Below are positions 26,304-40,164 of a stretch of DNA of 64,000 nucleotides, in pieces. Position numbers and translations under genes: made by a program. The stretch comes from Mobula hypostoma (taxonomy: Eukaryota): contig NC_086097.1 of assembly GCF_963921235.1 (NCBI RefSeq), forward strand, positions 25,546,001 through 25,610,000, read 5' to 3'. The number at the start of each line of letters is the position of its first letter. Within the stretch, counting starts at the first letter, position 1. The notes beneath the pieces were generated by a model. It worked only from the letters and a program-made list of their open reading frames with translations, did not search any database and was not told where the DNA came from.

Positions 26304-26630
26304 GTGAGGCAACACTTCACCTGTGAGTCGACTGGGGTGATATACTGCGTCCGGTGCTCCCGATGTGGCCTTTTATATATTGGCGAGACCCGACGCAGAC
26401 TGGGAGACCACTTTGCTGAACACCTACGCTCTGTCCGCCAGAGAAAGCAGGATCTCCCAGTGGCCACACATTTTAATTCCACATCCCATTCCCATTCTGA
26501 CATGTCTATCCACGGCCTCCTCTACTGTAAAGATGAAGCCACACTCAGGTTGGAGGAACAACACCTTATGTTCCGTCTGGTTAGCCTCCAACCTGATGGC
26601 ATGAACATCGACTTCTCTAATTTCTGCTAA
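26304..26630 (+). pseudogene. Penelope-type GIY-YIG endonuclease domain (5'-truncated ORF with no RT)
   Basis: GVIYCVRCSRCGLLYIGETRRRL...EH...HF...EQHL...GMN. A partial mirror copy lies at 25995-26263(-). Confidence 0.9.
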
Positions 26631-26929
26631 TGCCCCACCTCCCCCTCGTACCCCATCTGTTACTCATTTTTATACACACATTCTTTCTCTCACTCTCCTT
26701 TTTCTCCCTCTGTCCCTCTGAATATACCCCTTGCCCATCCTCTGGGTCCCCCCCCCCCGCCTCCTTGTCTTTCTTCCTGGACCTCCTGTCCCATGATCCT
26801 CTCGTATCCCTTTTGTCTATCACCTGTCCAGCTCTTGGCTCCATCCCTTCCCCTCCTGTCTTCTCCTATCATTTTGGATCTCTCCCTCCCCCTCCAACTT
26901 TCAAATCCCTTACTCACTCTTCCTTCAGT

Positions 26930-26967
26930 TAGTCCTGACGAAGGGTCTCGGCCTGAAATGTCGATTG
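26930..26967 (+). ncRNA. Minimal hammerhead motif, second copy with CpG-decay substitutions
   Basis: UAGUC-CUGACGA-A-GGGUCUCGGCCU-GAAAU-GUC-GAUUG. Confidence 0.7.
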
Positions 26968-27484
26968 CACCTCTTCCTACAGATGCTGCCTGGCCTGCTG
27001 CGTTCACCAGCAACTTTTATGTGTGTTGCTTGAATTTCCAGCATCTGCAGAATTCCTGTTGTTTGCCTATCATTACAAGAGTCAGTCTGACATTCCCTCT
27101 ACAAAAGGTGCATTTCAACAGGTAAGGAGACCACAAGTTCACACAATACTGCAGGTGTGATTTGACAAAGGCACTGTAAAATTATAACAAAGTGTCCTAA
27201 CACCAAAATCTCGTTGTCTTAAGGCAATGACTATTCATGAGCAGACTCAATAATTAAATGGCAGAACTGTCCTTGTGGTACATGCCTTCAGGCTTTTGTA
27301 TCTTCTACCCAATGGGAGAGGGGAGAGAATGTCTGGGATGGGGGTAGTTTTGATTATGCTGGCTGATTACCTGACGCAGAAAGAAATATTGACAGAGTCT
27401 ATAGAGGGGAGGCTGGTTTGTGTGATGTGTTGAACTGTGTCCACAACTCTCTACAGTTTCTTGTGGTCACATAGCAGCTGCCAT

Positions 27485-30454
27485 ACCATATAACCATACA
27501 ACAATTACAGCACAGAAACAGGCCATCTCGGCCCTTCTAGTCCGTGCCGAATGCTTACTCTCACCTAGTCCCACCAACCTGCACTCAGCCCATAACCCTC
27601 CATTCCTTTCCTGACCATATACCTATCCAATTTTTCTTTAAATGACAACATCGAACCTGCCTCAACCACTCCTGCTGGAAGCTCTTTCCACACAGCCACC
27701 ACTCTCTGAGTAAAGAAGTTCCCCCTCATGTTACCCCTAAACTTTTGCCCTTTAACTCTCAACTCATGTCCTCTTGTTTGAATCTCCCCTACTCTCAATG
27801 GAAAAAGCCTATCCACATCAACTCTATCTATCCCCCCTCATAATTTTAAATACCTCTATCAAGTCCCCCCTCAACCTTCTACGCTCCAAAGAATAAAGAC
27901 CTAACTTGTTCAACCTTTCTCTAACTTAGGTGCTGAAACCCAGGTAACATTCTAGTAAATCTTCTCTGTACTCTCTCTATTTTGTTGACATCTTTCCTAT
28001 AATTTGGTGACCAGAACTGTACACAATACTCCAAATCTGGCCTTACCAATGCCTTGTACAATTTTAACATTACATCCCAACTCCTATACTCAATGCTCTG
28101 ATTTATAAAGGCCAGCATACCAAAAGCTTTCTTCACCACCCTATCCACATGAGATTCCACCTTCAGGACACGATGCAAAGGTATTCCTAGATCCCTCTGT
28201 TCTACCGCATTCTTCAATGCCCTAACATTTACCATGTATGTCCTATTTTGATTAGTCCTACCAAAATGTAGCACCTCACACTTATTAGCATTAAACTCCA
28301 TCTGCCATCTTTCAGCCCACTTTTCTAACTGGCCTAAATCTCTCTGCAAGCTTTGAAAACCTGCTTCATTATCCACAACGCCACCTATCTTAGTATCATC
28401 TGCATACTTACTCATCCAATTTACCACCCCATCATCCAGATCGTTAATGTATATGACAAACAACATTGGACTCAGTACAGTCCCTGAGGTACACCACTAG
28501 TCACCAGCCTCCAACCTGACAAACAGTTATCCACCACTACTCTCTGGCATCTCCCATGCAACCACTGTTGAATCCATTTTACTACTTCAATATTATTACC
28601 TAACGATTGAAACTTCCTAACTAACCTTCCGTGTGGAACCTTGTCAAAGGTCTTACTGAAGTCCATATAGACAACATCCACTGCTTTGCTCTCATGAACT
28701 TTCCTAGTAACCTCTTCAAAAAATTCAGTAAGATTTGTCAAACATGACCTTCCACGCACAGATCAATGTTGACTGTCCTAATCAGACCCTGTCTATCCAG
28801 ATAATTATATATAACATCACTAAGAATACTTTCCATTAATTCATCCACCACTGACGTCAAACTTACAGGCCGATAATTGCTAGGTTTACTCTTAGAACCC
28901 TTTTTAAACAATGGAACAATATGAGCAATACGCCAATCCTCCGGCACCATCCCCATTCCCAATGACATTTGAAATATTTCTGTCAGAGCCCCTGCTATTT
29001 CTACACTAACTTCCCTCAAGGTCCTAATGAATATCCTGTCAGGACCCGGAGACTTATCCACTTTTATATTCCTTAAAAGCACCAGTATTTTCTCTTCTTA
29101 AATCATCATAGTTTCCATAACTCCCCTACTTGTTTCCTTTACCTTACACAATTCACTATCCTTCTCCTTAGTGAATACCGAAGAAAAGAAATTGTTCAAA
29201 ATCTCCCCCATCTCTTTTGGCTCCGCACATAGCCGGCCACTCTGATTTTCTAAGGGACCAATTTTATCCCTCACTATCCTTTTGCTATTAATATAACTGT
29301 AGAAACCCTTTGGATTTATTTTCACCTTACTTGCCAAAGCAACCTCGTATCTTCTTTTAGCTTTCCTAATTTCTTTCTTGAGATTCTTTTTATTCTTTAT
29401 ATTCCTCAAGCACCTCATTTACTCCATGCTGCCTATATTTATTGTAGATATCTCTCTTTTTCCGAACCAAGTTTCCAATATCCCTTGAAAACTATGGCTT
29501 TCTCAAACTTTTAACCTTTCCTTTCAACCTAACAGGAACATAAAGATTCTGTACCCTCAAAATTTCACCTTTAAATGACCTCCATTTCTCTATTACACCC
29601 TTCCCATAAAACAAATTGTCCCAATCCACTCCTTCTAAATCCTTTCACATCTCCTCAAAGTTAGCCTTTCTCCAATCAAAAACCTCAACCCTGGGTCCAG
29701 ACCTATCATTCTCCATAATTACATTGAAACTAATGGCATTGTGATCGCTGGACCCAAACTGCTCCCCAACACAAACCTCTGTCACCTGACCTATCTCATT
29801 CCCTAACAGGAGATCCAACACTGCCCCTTCTCTAGTTCGTACCTCTATGTATTGCTACAAAAAACTATCCTGCACACATTTTACAAACTCCAAACCATCC
29901 AGCCCTTTTACGGTATGGGCTTCCCAGTCTATGTGTAGAAAATTAAAATCTCCCACAATCACAACCTTGTGCTTACTACAAATATCTGCTATCTCCTTAC
30001 AAATTTGCTCCTCCAATTCTCACTCTCCATTAGGTGGTCTATAATACACCCCTATAAGTGCAACTACACCTTTCCCATTCCTCAATTCCACCCAAATAGC
30101 CTCCCTAGACGAGCCATCTAATCTATCCTGCCAGAGCACCGCTGTAATATTTTCTCTCACAAGCAATGCAACACTTCCCCCTCTTGTCCCTCCGATTCTA
30201 TCGCACCTGAAGCAACGAAATCCAGGAATATTCAGTTGCCAATCACACCCCTCCTGCAACCATGTTTCACTAATAGCTACAACATCATATTTCCAGGTAT
30301 CAATCCATGCTCTAAGCTCATCCACCTTTCTTACAATGCTCCTAGCATTAAAATAAATGCATTTAAGAAATTCTCCACCTCTTACTCTCTGTTTATCACT
30401 AACGGTGCAAACAACTTTACTCTCTTCTTTTTCTTCCTTCTCCCCTATATCCAT
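27485..30454 (-). mobile_element. Relatively young CR1 LINE with near-complete ORF2 (APE endonuclease and RT) broken by stops/frameshifts, inserted in a Rex1-type fragment
   Basis: CIYFNARSI...ISETWL...GVYYRPPN, NYRPVSLTS, MDFSKTFDKVPH, SGVPQG and KYADDTK, with an (accatata)-type 3' tail. Confidence 0.95.
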
Positions 30455-30661
30455 TCCTACACCCTTGTTCCCAAGTAGTTATGCTACGAGACAGAATGGT
30501 TTCTATGGTGCATCAATTAAATTGGTTAGGGTCGACAGGACATGCCAAATGGGATTCCACCTGTCACATCCCAAATATCTAACTGTAAGTTGACCCTTCT
30601 GTGAGAGAGAATACTGTAATAGATGCTGGGCAGACTTGAGAATATAAAATGGGATTGATAA

Positions 30662-31132
30662 AGACTCAGTGGTCATTTTATAAGGTATTAATAAAGCAGC
30701 CACTGAGTGTATGCTTGTGGCCATCTGCTGTTGTAGCCTATTTACTTTGACGTTCAACATGTTGTGCATTAGAGATGTTCTTCTGCACACAACTGCTGTA
30801 GCACATGATTATCTGAGTTACTGTCGCCTTCTTATCAGCTTGAATCAATCTGGCCATTCTCCTCTGACTTCTCTCATTAACAAGGCACTCTTGCTCAAAG
30901 AATTGCCGCTCACTGTTTGTAGTTACCCTTCAACCATCAGAGTCTTGAACCAGAGGGAATAACTGCATTCAACATCACTTGCCCCATCACTAAACTATTC
31001 CCACAACCTATCGGCTCACTTTCAAGGACTCCTCATCTCATGTTCTCAATAGTTAATGCTTATTTGTTTATTTATTTATTTATTATTAATTAGCAGATGT
31101 ACAGGTGTTCCCAATAAAGTGGCCACTGAGTG
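30662..31132 (-). mobile_element. Tc1-family non-autonomous copy with a nested LINE tail
   Basis: aataaagtggccactgagtg-ta end, and body shared with 5900-6445. Confidence 0.65.
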
Positions 31133-33076
31133 TAGGATTAGTGCCCAATAACCAGCACAGATTTGACTGACCATTGGGTCTATCGCCATTCTACACCTTT
31201 CTATGATTTTATTTACTTAAACTCATATAGTAACACAGTACTGAAACAGGTTCTTCAGCCCATCTGCTTCATGCTAACTCCAGCATCCCCTACCAGTCCC
31301 AATTACCCACGCTTGACCTACAAACTGCCAAGCCCTTCCCTTCTATGTACTAATCCAAACACCTCTTAAATGTTGCAATGTAATCACTTTGACCCCTTCC
31401 TCTCTCAGCTCATTCCAGGTAGTCACTATGCTCTGTGTAAAGAAGTTACACGGCTAATCTTGTTAGATCACTTTTAAATCTTACCTTTATTGGTGCCCTC
31501 TAGTTTTGAACTTTCTAACACTGAGGAAAAGACTATGACCATTCATCTAATCCATGCCCCTGGAGTAATAAATTGCTCCAATTTCCTCCCACATTCCAAA
31601 AATATACAGGTTATGGCATGCTTTGTTGGCATCAGAGGCATGGTGACACTTGCAAGTTGCCTCCAGCACATCCTTGGACCATGTTGCTCGTTGATGCAAA
31701 AATTACGCATTTCACTGTTTGTTTCTGTGTACATGTGACAAATAAAGCTAACATTTAACCCTCCATCTCTGCACTCAGTTTATACAGATCAAGTTATTAC
31801 ATAGTACATTGAGGTATAGTAAGGTGCAACGATAACACAGCAGAACAAGATGGAAAAGCTTCCAAAAAAGTGCAGTGCACATAACAATGTGGAGGCTTTA
31901 GAGAGGGAGCATAGGCGGTTTATCAAGATGCTGCCTGAAGAGGCCAGACAAGCTGGGGCTGTTTTCTGCAGCACAATGGAGGCCAAGCAGGGATTTATAG
32001 AAGTTTTCAAAATTGTGTGAGGTGTAAATAGACTAGATGGTCAATATCTTTTTCCTAGGATTGAAATGCCTAATAGTAGAGGGCATGTAGTTAAAGTGAG
32101 TGGGGCAAAGTACAAAGGATGTGTGCGAGGCAGGTTTTTTTTTTAACGCAGAGAGTGGTGACTGGCCGGAATATAGAATAAACTACTTGCGGTGATGGTG
32201 GATACAGACAGCATGGAAGCTCTTAAGAGATGTAGGTACAGGAATATGCAGGAGGTAGGGATATGGTCAATGTGAAGGGAAGAGGGATTAGATTAAAGAT
32301 TTAAAGTTTTAAAGCTTTAAAGATTAGCTTCACTTGTCATATGTACATCAAAACATTGAAACATACAGTGAAATGTGCTGGGGCCAACCCACAAGTGAGG
32401 TCATGCTTCCAGCGGTAATATAGCATGTCCACGTCTTATGAACAGTAACTGACACTTCTTTCAGAATGTGAGAAGAAACCAGAGCATCTGGAGAAAACTC
32501 CCACGGTCACAGGGAGAGTGACAAATCCTTACAGACAGTGGTGGGAATTGAACCCCATACTGTAAAAGACAAGCTTTCCACTGTATCTTGGTACGGTACA
32601 GGTGATGATAATAAACCAATAATCAGTTTTCTTCTAAATCAGACTCCATCCCAGCAGAAAAAGCTTGAAGCACTCAGCATATCAGGTCACATCTGTGGGA
32701 AGAGGAAAAGAGTCAATGTTCTCACAAAGGGTCTCCAACTGAAACATTGACTTGCCTCTCTTCCCACAGATGCAGCCAGACCTGCTGAGTATTTCCAGTA
32801 TTTTTTGCTTTTGTTTTAGATTTCCAGGAACTGCAGATTCTTTTTTTGATTTTCACCATCTTATAAATACAGGGACTCACTATTCAGCAGCATTGTGTCA
32901 GCACCCTTTCCATTTGGGTTACTGAAATCCAATAAAACCAGATCAAATCTCAGCTGATATGGAGGAGGGGGGAGGTAAACGAGAAGACACAATACAGAAT
33001 TTCAATTGAACGTATAGTAACCATTGATGAAGAAAAGAAGATTTTTAAGCTTGGGGAAAAAATCGGCTTTAAAGTC

Positions 33077-36000
33077 CTTCTTTTTCTTTTTCAATCTTTT
33101 TATTAATATCAAAATGTTAAACATAACATTGTATTAATACAAAACTATTGGGATTACACTGTTAATAATTAACATATATAAATATAAACTCAATTGGCAC
33201 ACAGGTATTAAACCTCCCAAAATCGTACAAAATACGAATATAATATACAAAAAACAGAAATAGCATGAAAAAGGAAAAAAAACAAAAGAAACTAATATAA
33301 ACAATGCTAACCAATTAAACTAAGGAAAAGAAAAAGACATGGGCTGTTATGTAACGTCAAAAAGAACCATTAGTGTCATTGACTCCGCTCCTCTCTGCAT
33401 ATATTTAAAAGAAATAGAACAAGTTTGGAAAAGGTCAAATTACATCATATGGAAGTGTTGAATAAATGGCCTCCAAGTCTTTTCAAACTTAATAGAAGGA
33501 TCATAAATGACACTTCTGATTTTCTCTAAATTTAAACATAACATAGTTTGAGAGAACCAATGAAATGGGGTGGGAGGATTGATCTCTTTCCAAATCAGCA
33601 AAATGGATCTTCTAGCCATTAATGTAAGAAATGCAATCATCAACAAGCTGAAGAGGTTAAATGATTTGGTTCTATCATTGGTAAACCAAAAATTGCGGTA
33701 ATAGGGTAAGGTTGTAAATCAATACTCAGAACAGTTGAAATAATATCAAAGATATCTTTCCAGTGTTTTTTCAAAAAAGGACAGGACCAAAACATATGAG
33801 TTAAAGAAGCTATCTCAGAGTGACATCTACCACATACAGGATTTATATGGGAGTAATAACATGTTAATATATCCATAGACATATGAGCCCTGTGCACTAC
33901 TTTAAACTGTATCAACGCATGTTTAGCACATATAGAGGATGAGTTAACTAATTGAAGAATTTTTTCCCATTGTTCAATAGGTAAAGTAAGCTTAAGTTCC
34001 CTTTCTTAATCATTCTTAATTTTATTAGATACATCTGGACGTATTTTCATAATTATATTATAAATAGTTGCTATCATACCTTTCTGAAAAGGATTTAAAT
34101 TAAAAACATTTTCCAAAATACCCGTTGGATATAGATTCAGGAAGGTAGGAAGAACAGTATTTAAAAAGTTTCTAATCTGTAAATATCTAAAGAAATGGGA
34201 TCTAGGCAACTTATATTTATTAGATAATTGTTCAAAGGACATGAAACAATTATCCAAAAATAGATCACGAAATCATAATGTATCTTTGGTTTTCCAAGCC
34301 AAATAGACTTGACTCATAATAGACGGTTGAAAAAAAAATTAGATATAATAGGACTTGCTAGAATAAATTGATTCAACCCAAAAAATTTTCGAAATTAAAA
34401 CCATATTCGTAAAGTATCTTTACTTATTGGATTATCCATTTGTTTATGCAATTTAGAAAGAGCAAAGGGAAGCAAAGTCCCTAAGATAGAACCCAGTGAA
34501 AGCCCTTGTACAGACTTACCTTCAAGATTTAGCCAATGTGGACTTGAAATTATGTCCAAGTCCCATGACCAAAATTTTAAATATTGAGTATTAATTGCCC
34601 AGTAGTAAAATCTAAAATTCGGCAATGCCAAACTACCCTTCTTTTTAGACTTTTGTAAATATCTTTTACCTAACCTAGGATTTTTACTCTGCCATATATA
34701 TGAAGAAATTTTAGAATCAACATTATCAAAAAAGGATCTCCGAATAAAAATTGGCACCACTTGAAATAAATACAAGAATTTAAGTAAAATAATCATCTTG
34801 ATAGCATTGATCCGAACTATCAATGACAGAGACTTTGGTGGCCATTTAGTAAACAGATGTTGAATCTGATCAATTAAAGGTAAAAAAAATTAGCCTTACA
34901 TAAATCCTTGTGCTTTTTTGTAATTTTAACCCCTAAATAAGTAAAATAGTTGGTAACCAGTCTAAATGGTAAACATCCATAAATTGGAACCTGCATATTT
35001 AAGGGAAACAGTTCACTCTTATTAAGGTTCAACTTATAACCAGAAAAATTACTAAACTGATCCAACAAGGATAAAACTGCGGGAATGGATTTCTCATGAT
35101 TAGAAATATATAAAAACAAATCGTCTGCATGTAATGATAACTTATGTATCTTATTCCCATGGGTAATACCAAGGATATTAGGTGAATCTCGAATAGCAAT
35201 TGCTAAAGGTTCTAGAGCGATATCAAATAGTAATGGATTAAGAGGACATCCCTACCTAGTACCCCAAAATAAGCGAAAAAAGGGAGATCTTTGATTATTA
35301 GTAAAAACCGAAGCTACAGGGGTATGATATAACAATTTAATCCAAGATATAAATATCGGACTAAAACTAAATTTCTCAAGCACACTAAATAGATATGGCC
35401 ATTCAACTCTGTCAAAAGCTTTCTCAGCATCTAATGAAATGACACATTCTGGAGTACTAAGTGAAGGAGTACAAACAATATTCATTAATCTCCTAATATT
35501 AAAAGATGAATAACAATTTTTAATAAATCCAGTTTGGTCCACAGAGATAATTTGAGGTAATGCCTTCTCTAACCTAGTTGCTAATATTTTAGAAAAAATC
35601 TTAGAATCTACATTCAGCAGGGATATTGGTCTATATGATGCACAATCAGTAGGATCTTTATTTTTTTTAGGATTAAAGAAATAGAAGCTCCATAAAATGA
35701 TTGTGGTAATTTACTTGATCTAATTGCTTCTTTGTAATGTAAACTCATGAAATCGGAAGAGGAACAAAAATTCAGAAAGGAACCAGAAGTCACGACACTG
35801 CAGACATTTTTGTAGTTCTAAGTCAGCCCAATTGAAAAAATTAATAGTAAAAATCCCCCCACCCTCCACCCACAAAGACTCGAGACTAAGCCAGAAAAAG
35901 GCCAGAGAATAAACTACCACTAAATCTACCCCCCGTTTCACCAGAAGGCGACTCCAAAGATATATGTTTAAAAGAGAACCACCCGAAATCCAAAGAAAAT

Positions 36001-38476
36001 TAAACACTGTACTATAGCAATCTTCATATTGTGGTTTCTAAAATGAGACAAAAGAGTAAGCGCCAATACATATTATTAGTCATTTACAAACATAAAAAAT
36101 TTAAAATGGCACTTCAAAAGAAAGAAAGGAATTATGGGACGAGGAACATGAAAAAATGGCGCAGTAAAAAAACAAAAGATATTATGAATGAAGGAAAACA
36201 AACCGCCGTGTTAATTATACGAAGCAAAAAAAACACAAGATATTCCTCCAGTGTAATAGAAATTCACCATCAAATCATTAATAACATTGTCAAAAATCAA
36301 ATAGTTAGAAATTAGCAAAATAAGAAGAAATGAATTCATCAACAAAAAAAACTTTAATTGAAATGTGAAAAATACCTACACTACTAACCAAAAACGAAAA
36401 TCTTGAACTTATAAAGGTCCATCTTCATAAGATAATTATAGGCTTTAAAAAGAAGCACGTAAAAACAGAGCCAATACTGCGAGAGCCATACATTAACTAG
36501 AGCGAAGTATCCGTGGCAGTTGGATAGTGCTCATCCAAGAAACCTTGAACAGCACTTGTGGAATAAAAGATACGGCGTGGAACTTCCGGAGGAGAAATTC
36601 TTAAACGCGCAGGGTACAATAAAGCTGGTCTGAGACCTTTTTAGTAGCATTCCGACATCAGAGATTTGAAAGCCAACCGCTCCTTCATCACTTCTGGACT
36701 AAAATTCTCCACGAGACGGAATTCATAATCTTGAAATTTAATCATAACTTGTTGATGGGCAATTCAAATGAGATGCTCTTTAACGGAAATGGATAACCAC
36801 TGGTCTCGGTTTAGACCCCGGGTCTGGTTTTCGATGAAATATACAGTGAACGCGATCAAGCAATGGAGGGCCATCCGGAAATTCAGAGCTAAATGCATCC
36901 TTTAAAAGTTGAGAAAAGAATTTTAAAGGGTCCCCTTCCTCGACATCCTCAGGGAGACCAATTATACTTAAGTTCTATCTTCTGGATCGATTTTCAAGAT
37001 CAATAATCTTGGATTTAAAATTCTCCAGCTGTTTAGACCTCGAAGACGATTGTTGTTCCAAACTCTCAATTTTCAGATCTCTCTTCCGAGTTTCGTCGTT
37101 CAATTCTACAATTTTGCTTTGTTGTTGTTTAACTTCGTAACCAAGAGATTCCAAACAATCCTTAATTGACTTTAAGTCTTCTTTAAAACTTTGATGTTGT
37201 TCATCAAATTTTATACTTAGAAGATTCAACAATGTATCATAAGTTAATTCAGTTTGCTTAGGTTCACCTTTTTTCTTCCCGTTACAGTCGAAATCTTTCC
37301 CATTTTTAGGATCTCACCCTTTACCATATAACCATATAACAATTACAGCATGGAAACAGGCCATCTCGGCCCTTCTAGTCCGTGCCAAATGCTTACTCTC
37401 ACCTAGTCCCACCGACCTGCACTCAGCCCATAACCCTCCATTCCTTTCCTGTCCATATTGCTATCCAATTTAACTTTAAATGACAACATCGAACCTGCCT
37501 CAACTACTTCTGCTGGAAGTTCGTTCCACACAGCTACCACTCCCTGAGGAAAGAAGTTCCCCCTCATGTTACTCTTAAACTTTTGCCCTTTAATTCTCAA
37601 CTCATGTCCTCTTGTTTGAATCTCCCCCACTCTCAATGGAAAAAGCCTATCCACGTCAACTCTATCTAACCCCCACATAATTTTAAACAACTCTATCAAG
37701 TCCCCCCTCAGCCTTCTACGCTCCAAAGAATAAAGACCTAACTTGTTCAACCTTTCTCTGTAACTTAGGAGATGAAACCCAGGTAACATTCTAGTAAATC
37801 TTCTCTGTACTCTCTCTATTTTGTTGACATCTTTCCTATAATTCGGTAACCAGAACTGTACACAATACTCCAAATTTGGCCTTACCAATGCCTTGTACAA
37901 TTTCAACATTACATCCCAACTCCTATACTCAATGCTCTGATTTATAAAGGCCAGCATACCAAAAGCTTTCTTCACCACCCTATCCACATGAGATTCCACC
38001 TTCAGGGAACTATGCAACATTATTCCTAGATCACTCTGTTCTACTGCATTATTCAATGCCCTACCATTTACCATGTATGTCCTATTTTGATTAGTCCAAC
38101 CAAAATGTAGCACCTCACACTTATCAGCATTAAACTCCAACTGCCATCTTTCAGACCACTCTTCTAACTGGCCTAAATCTCTCTGCAAGCTTTGAAAACC
38201 TACTTCATTATCCACAACTCCACCTATCTTAATATCATCTGCATACTTACTAATCCAATTTACCACCCCATCATCCAGATAATTTAGACCTTGTACTTAT
38301 TTCTTTGCTCATTTCTTCAAATTTCACAGTCAAAGCTCAAGGATAATTCAATAGTATAAATCTTTTAGTGTAGGTAAAAATAAATTAAATAAGGGTGATC
38401 ATAGGTTAAAAAAAAAAGTCACGGTAATGGAGAGAAGCAAAAATTAACCTCACTCCATGAGCGCCTCCTGAAGAAT
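33077..38476 (-). mobile_element. L1-clade LINE: 5' UTR, ORF1 (38312 to 36497, interrupted), long spacer, ORF2 lacking its N-terminus, A-rich tail
   Basis: ORF1 shows a coiled coil, LENRSRRxNL and LLYPARLRI. ORF2 shows YRPISLLN, DQTGFIK, SLDAEKAFDRVEW, GTR.GCPL and a C-terminal CGRC..ASLTHMFWSCP. 14-bp TSD tcggctttaaagtc at 33063-33076 and 38477-38490. Confidence 0.92.
37324..38282 (-). mobile_element. 5'-truncated young CR1 inserted in L1 ORF1
   Basis: Open ORF 37403-38266 (KYADD...GRWD), very similar to 27485-28445. ttta is duplicated at 37320-37323 and 38283-38286. Confidence 0.93.
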
Positions 38477-38504
38477 TCGGCTTTAAAGTCATAAAACATT
38501 TCAA

Positions 38505-39830
38505 GACACGTGCTCAGAAGCGCAACATGCCTGAACAACTGGTGCCCTGTCGCACTCATCTCAATTATAAGCAAATGCTTTGAGAAGCTGGTCAAGGATT
38601 ACATCTGCAGCATGCTACCACCCAAACTGAACCCCCTACAATTCACCTACCAACACAACAGGTCGACAGATGACACAATAGCTACTGCTCTAAATACTGC
38701 CCTTACACATCTGGAGAAGAAGGATGCTTATGTGAGAATGCTGTTCTTGGACTGCAGTTCAGCATTCAACACCATAATTCCATCCAGGCTTGACAAGAAG
38801 CTCAGAGACCTCAGCCTTGACCCTGCCTTCTGACTTCCTGTCAGATCGCCGGCAGGTGGTAAGAGTGGGCTCCCTCACCTCCACCCCTCTGACTCTCAAT
38901 ACAGGAGCCTCTCAGGGCTGTGTACTAAATCACCTCCTTTACTCCCTATATACTCATGACTGTGTCGCCACCCACAGCCCTAATCTGCTAATTAAATTTG
39001 CCGACAACACTACATTGATTGGCCTAATTTCGAACAATAACAAGGTGGCCTACAGGGAAGAAGTCATCTCTCTGACACAGTGGTGTCATGAAAACAACCT
39101 CTCCCTCAATGTTGCAAAAACAAAGGAGCTGGTTGCGGATTACAGGAGGAATAGAGAAAGGCTAACCCCACGTGACATCAATGGATCTGGAGTTCAGAGG
39201 ATAAACAGCTTTAAGTACCTCAGCATCTACATCACCGAGAACCTCACGTGGTCTGTACACACCAGCTGTGTGGTGAAAAAGGCACAACAGCGCCTCTTTC
39301 ACCTCAGACGGTTGAGGAAGTTTGGTATGGGCCCCCAAATCCTAAGAACTTTCTACAGGGGCACAATTGACAGCATCCTGACTGGCTGCACCACTGCCTG
39401 GTTTGGGAACTGTAACTCCCCTAATCGCAGGACTCTGCAGAGAGTGGTGCAGACAGCTCAGCACATCTGTAGTTCTGAACTTCCCATGATTCAGAACATT
39501 TACAAAGACAGGTGTGTGAAAAGGGCCCATAGGATCACCGGGGAACCGAGTCACCCCAACCACAATCTATTCCAGGTGCTATCATCCAGGAAACAGTACT
39601 GCAGCATAAAAGCCAGGACCAACAGGCTCCAGGACAGCTTCTTCCACCAGGCCATCAGACTGATTAAGTCACGCTGATTTGAATGTATTTCTATGTTACA
39701 TTGACTGTTCTATTTATTATAAGTTACTATAATTGCACATTACACATTTAGACGGAGACGTATCATACAGATTTTTACTCCTCATGTACGCGAAGGATGT
39801 AAGAAATAAAGTCAATTCAATTCAATTCAC
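38505..39830 (+). mobile_element. Rex1/Babar LINE, 5'-truncated RT
   Basis: PVALISIISKCFEKLV, LDCSSAFNTI, GASQGCVL, KFADNTT and KKAQQRLFHLRRL, then AATAAA and a (caatt)n tail. Confidence 0.9.
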
Positions 39831-40164
39831 TTAATACTTAACAAGATACTTGGATAAATGACAGGGCATTTGATAAAATGAAAGGTTTTATGAAAAATTA
39901 AGAAATAGGCAAGTGAGTTTTAAAAAGTTCAAGAGGTTTAGTGAATAAATTATAGAGCTTACAGCCTTTGCAGCTGAAAGCAGGTCTATCAGTTGCGGGT
40001 TTAATATATATTGGAATGATACTGCTAACGTCTCAGAGGATTTTAAGGCTGGAGGAGCTCACAGAGATAATGAGGGTAAACCCAAAAGGGATTTTGAATT
40101 ATAATTGGGACGTTACTGAACTGTGAACGAATGTTGGGTGAACTGACCGGTGTAATTTAGGATA

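Larger units (their letters stand above)
25604..27065. mobile_element. Young Penelope-like element with an inverted 5' copy (foldback structure)
   Basis: Arms 25600-26263 and 26362-27032 are near-perfect reverse complements with a 98-bp spacer. 14-bp TSD cctatcattacaag at 25590-25603 and 27066-27079. GIY-YIG coding sequence in both arms. Confidence 0.92.

Noticed and set aside
26304..26630. Stand-alone GIY-YIG nuclease gene or homing endonuclease
   Set aside because: It is the C-terminal domain of a 5'-truncated Penelope ORF. The start is an internal GTG and there is no promoter evidence.
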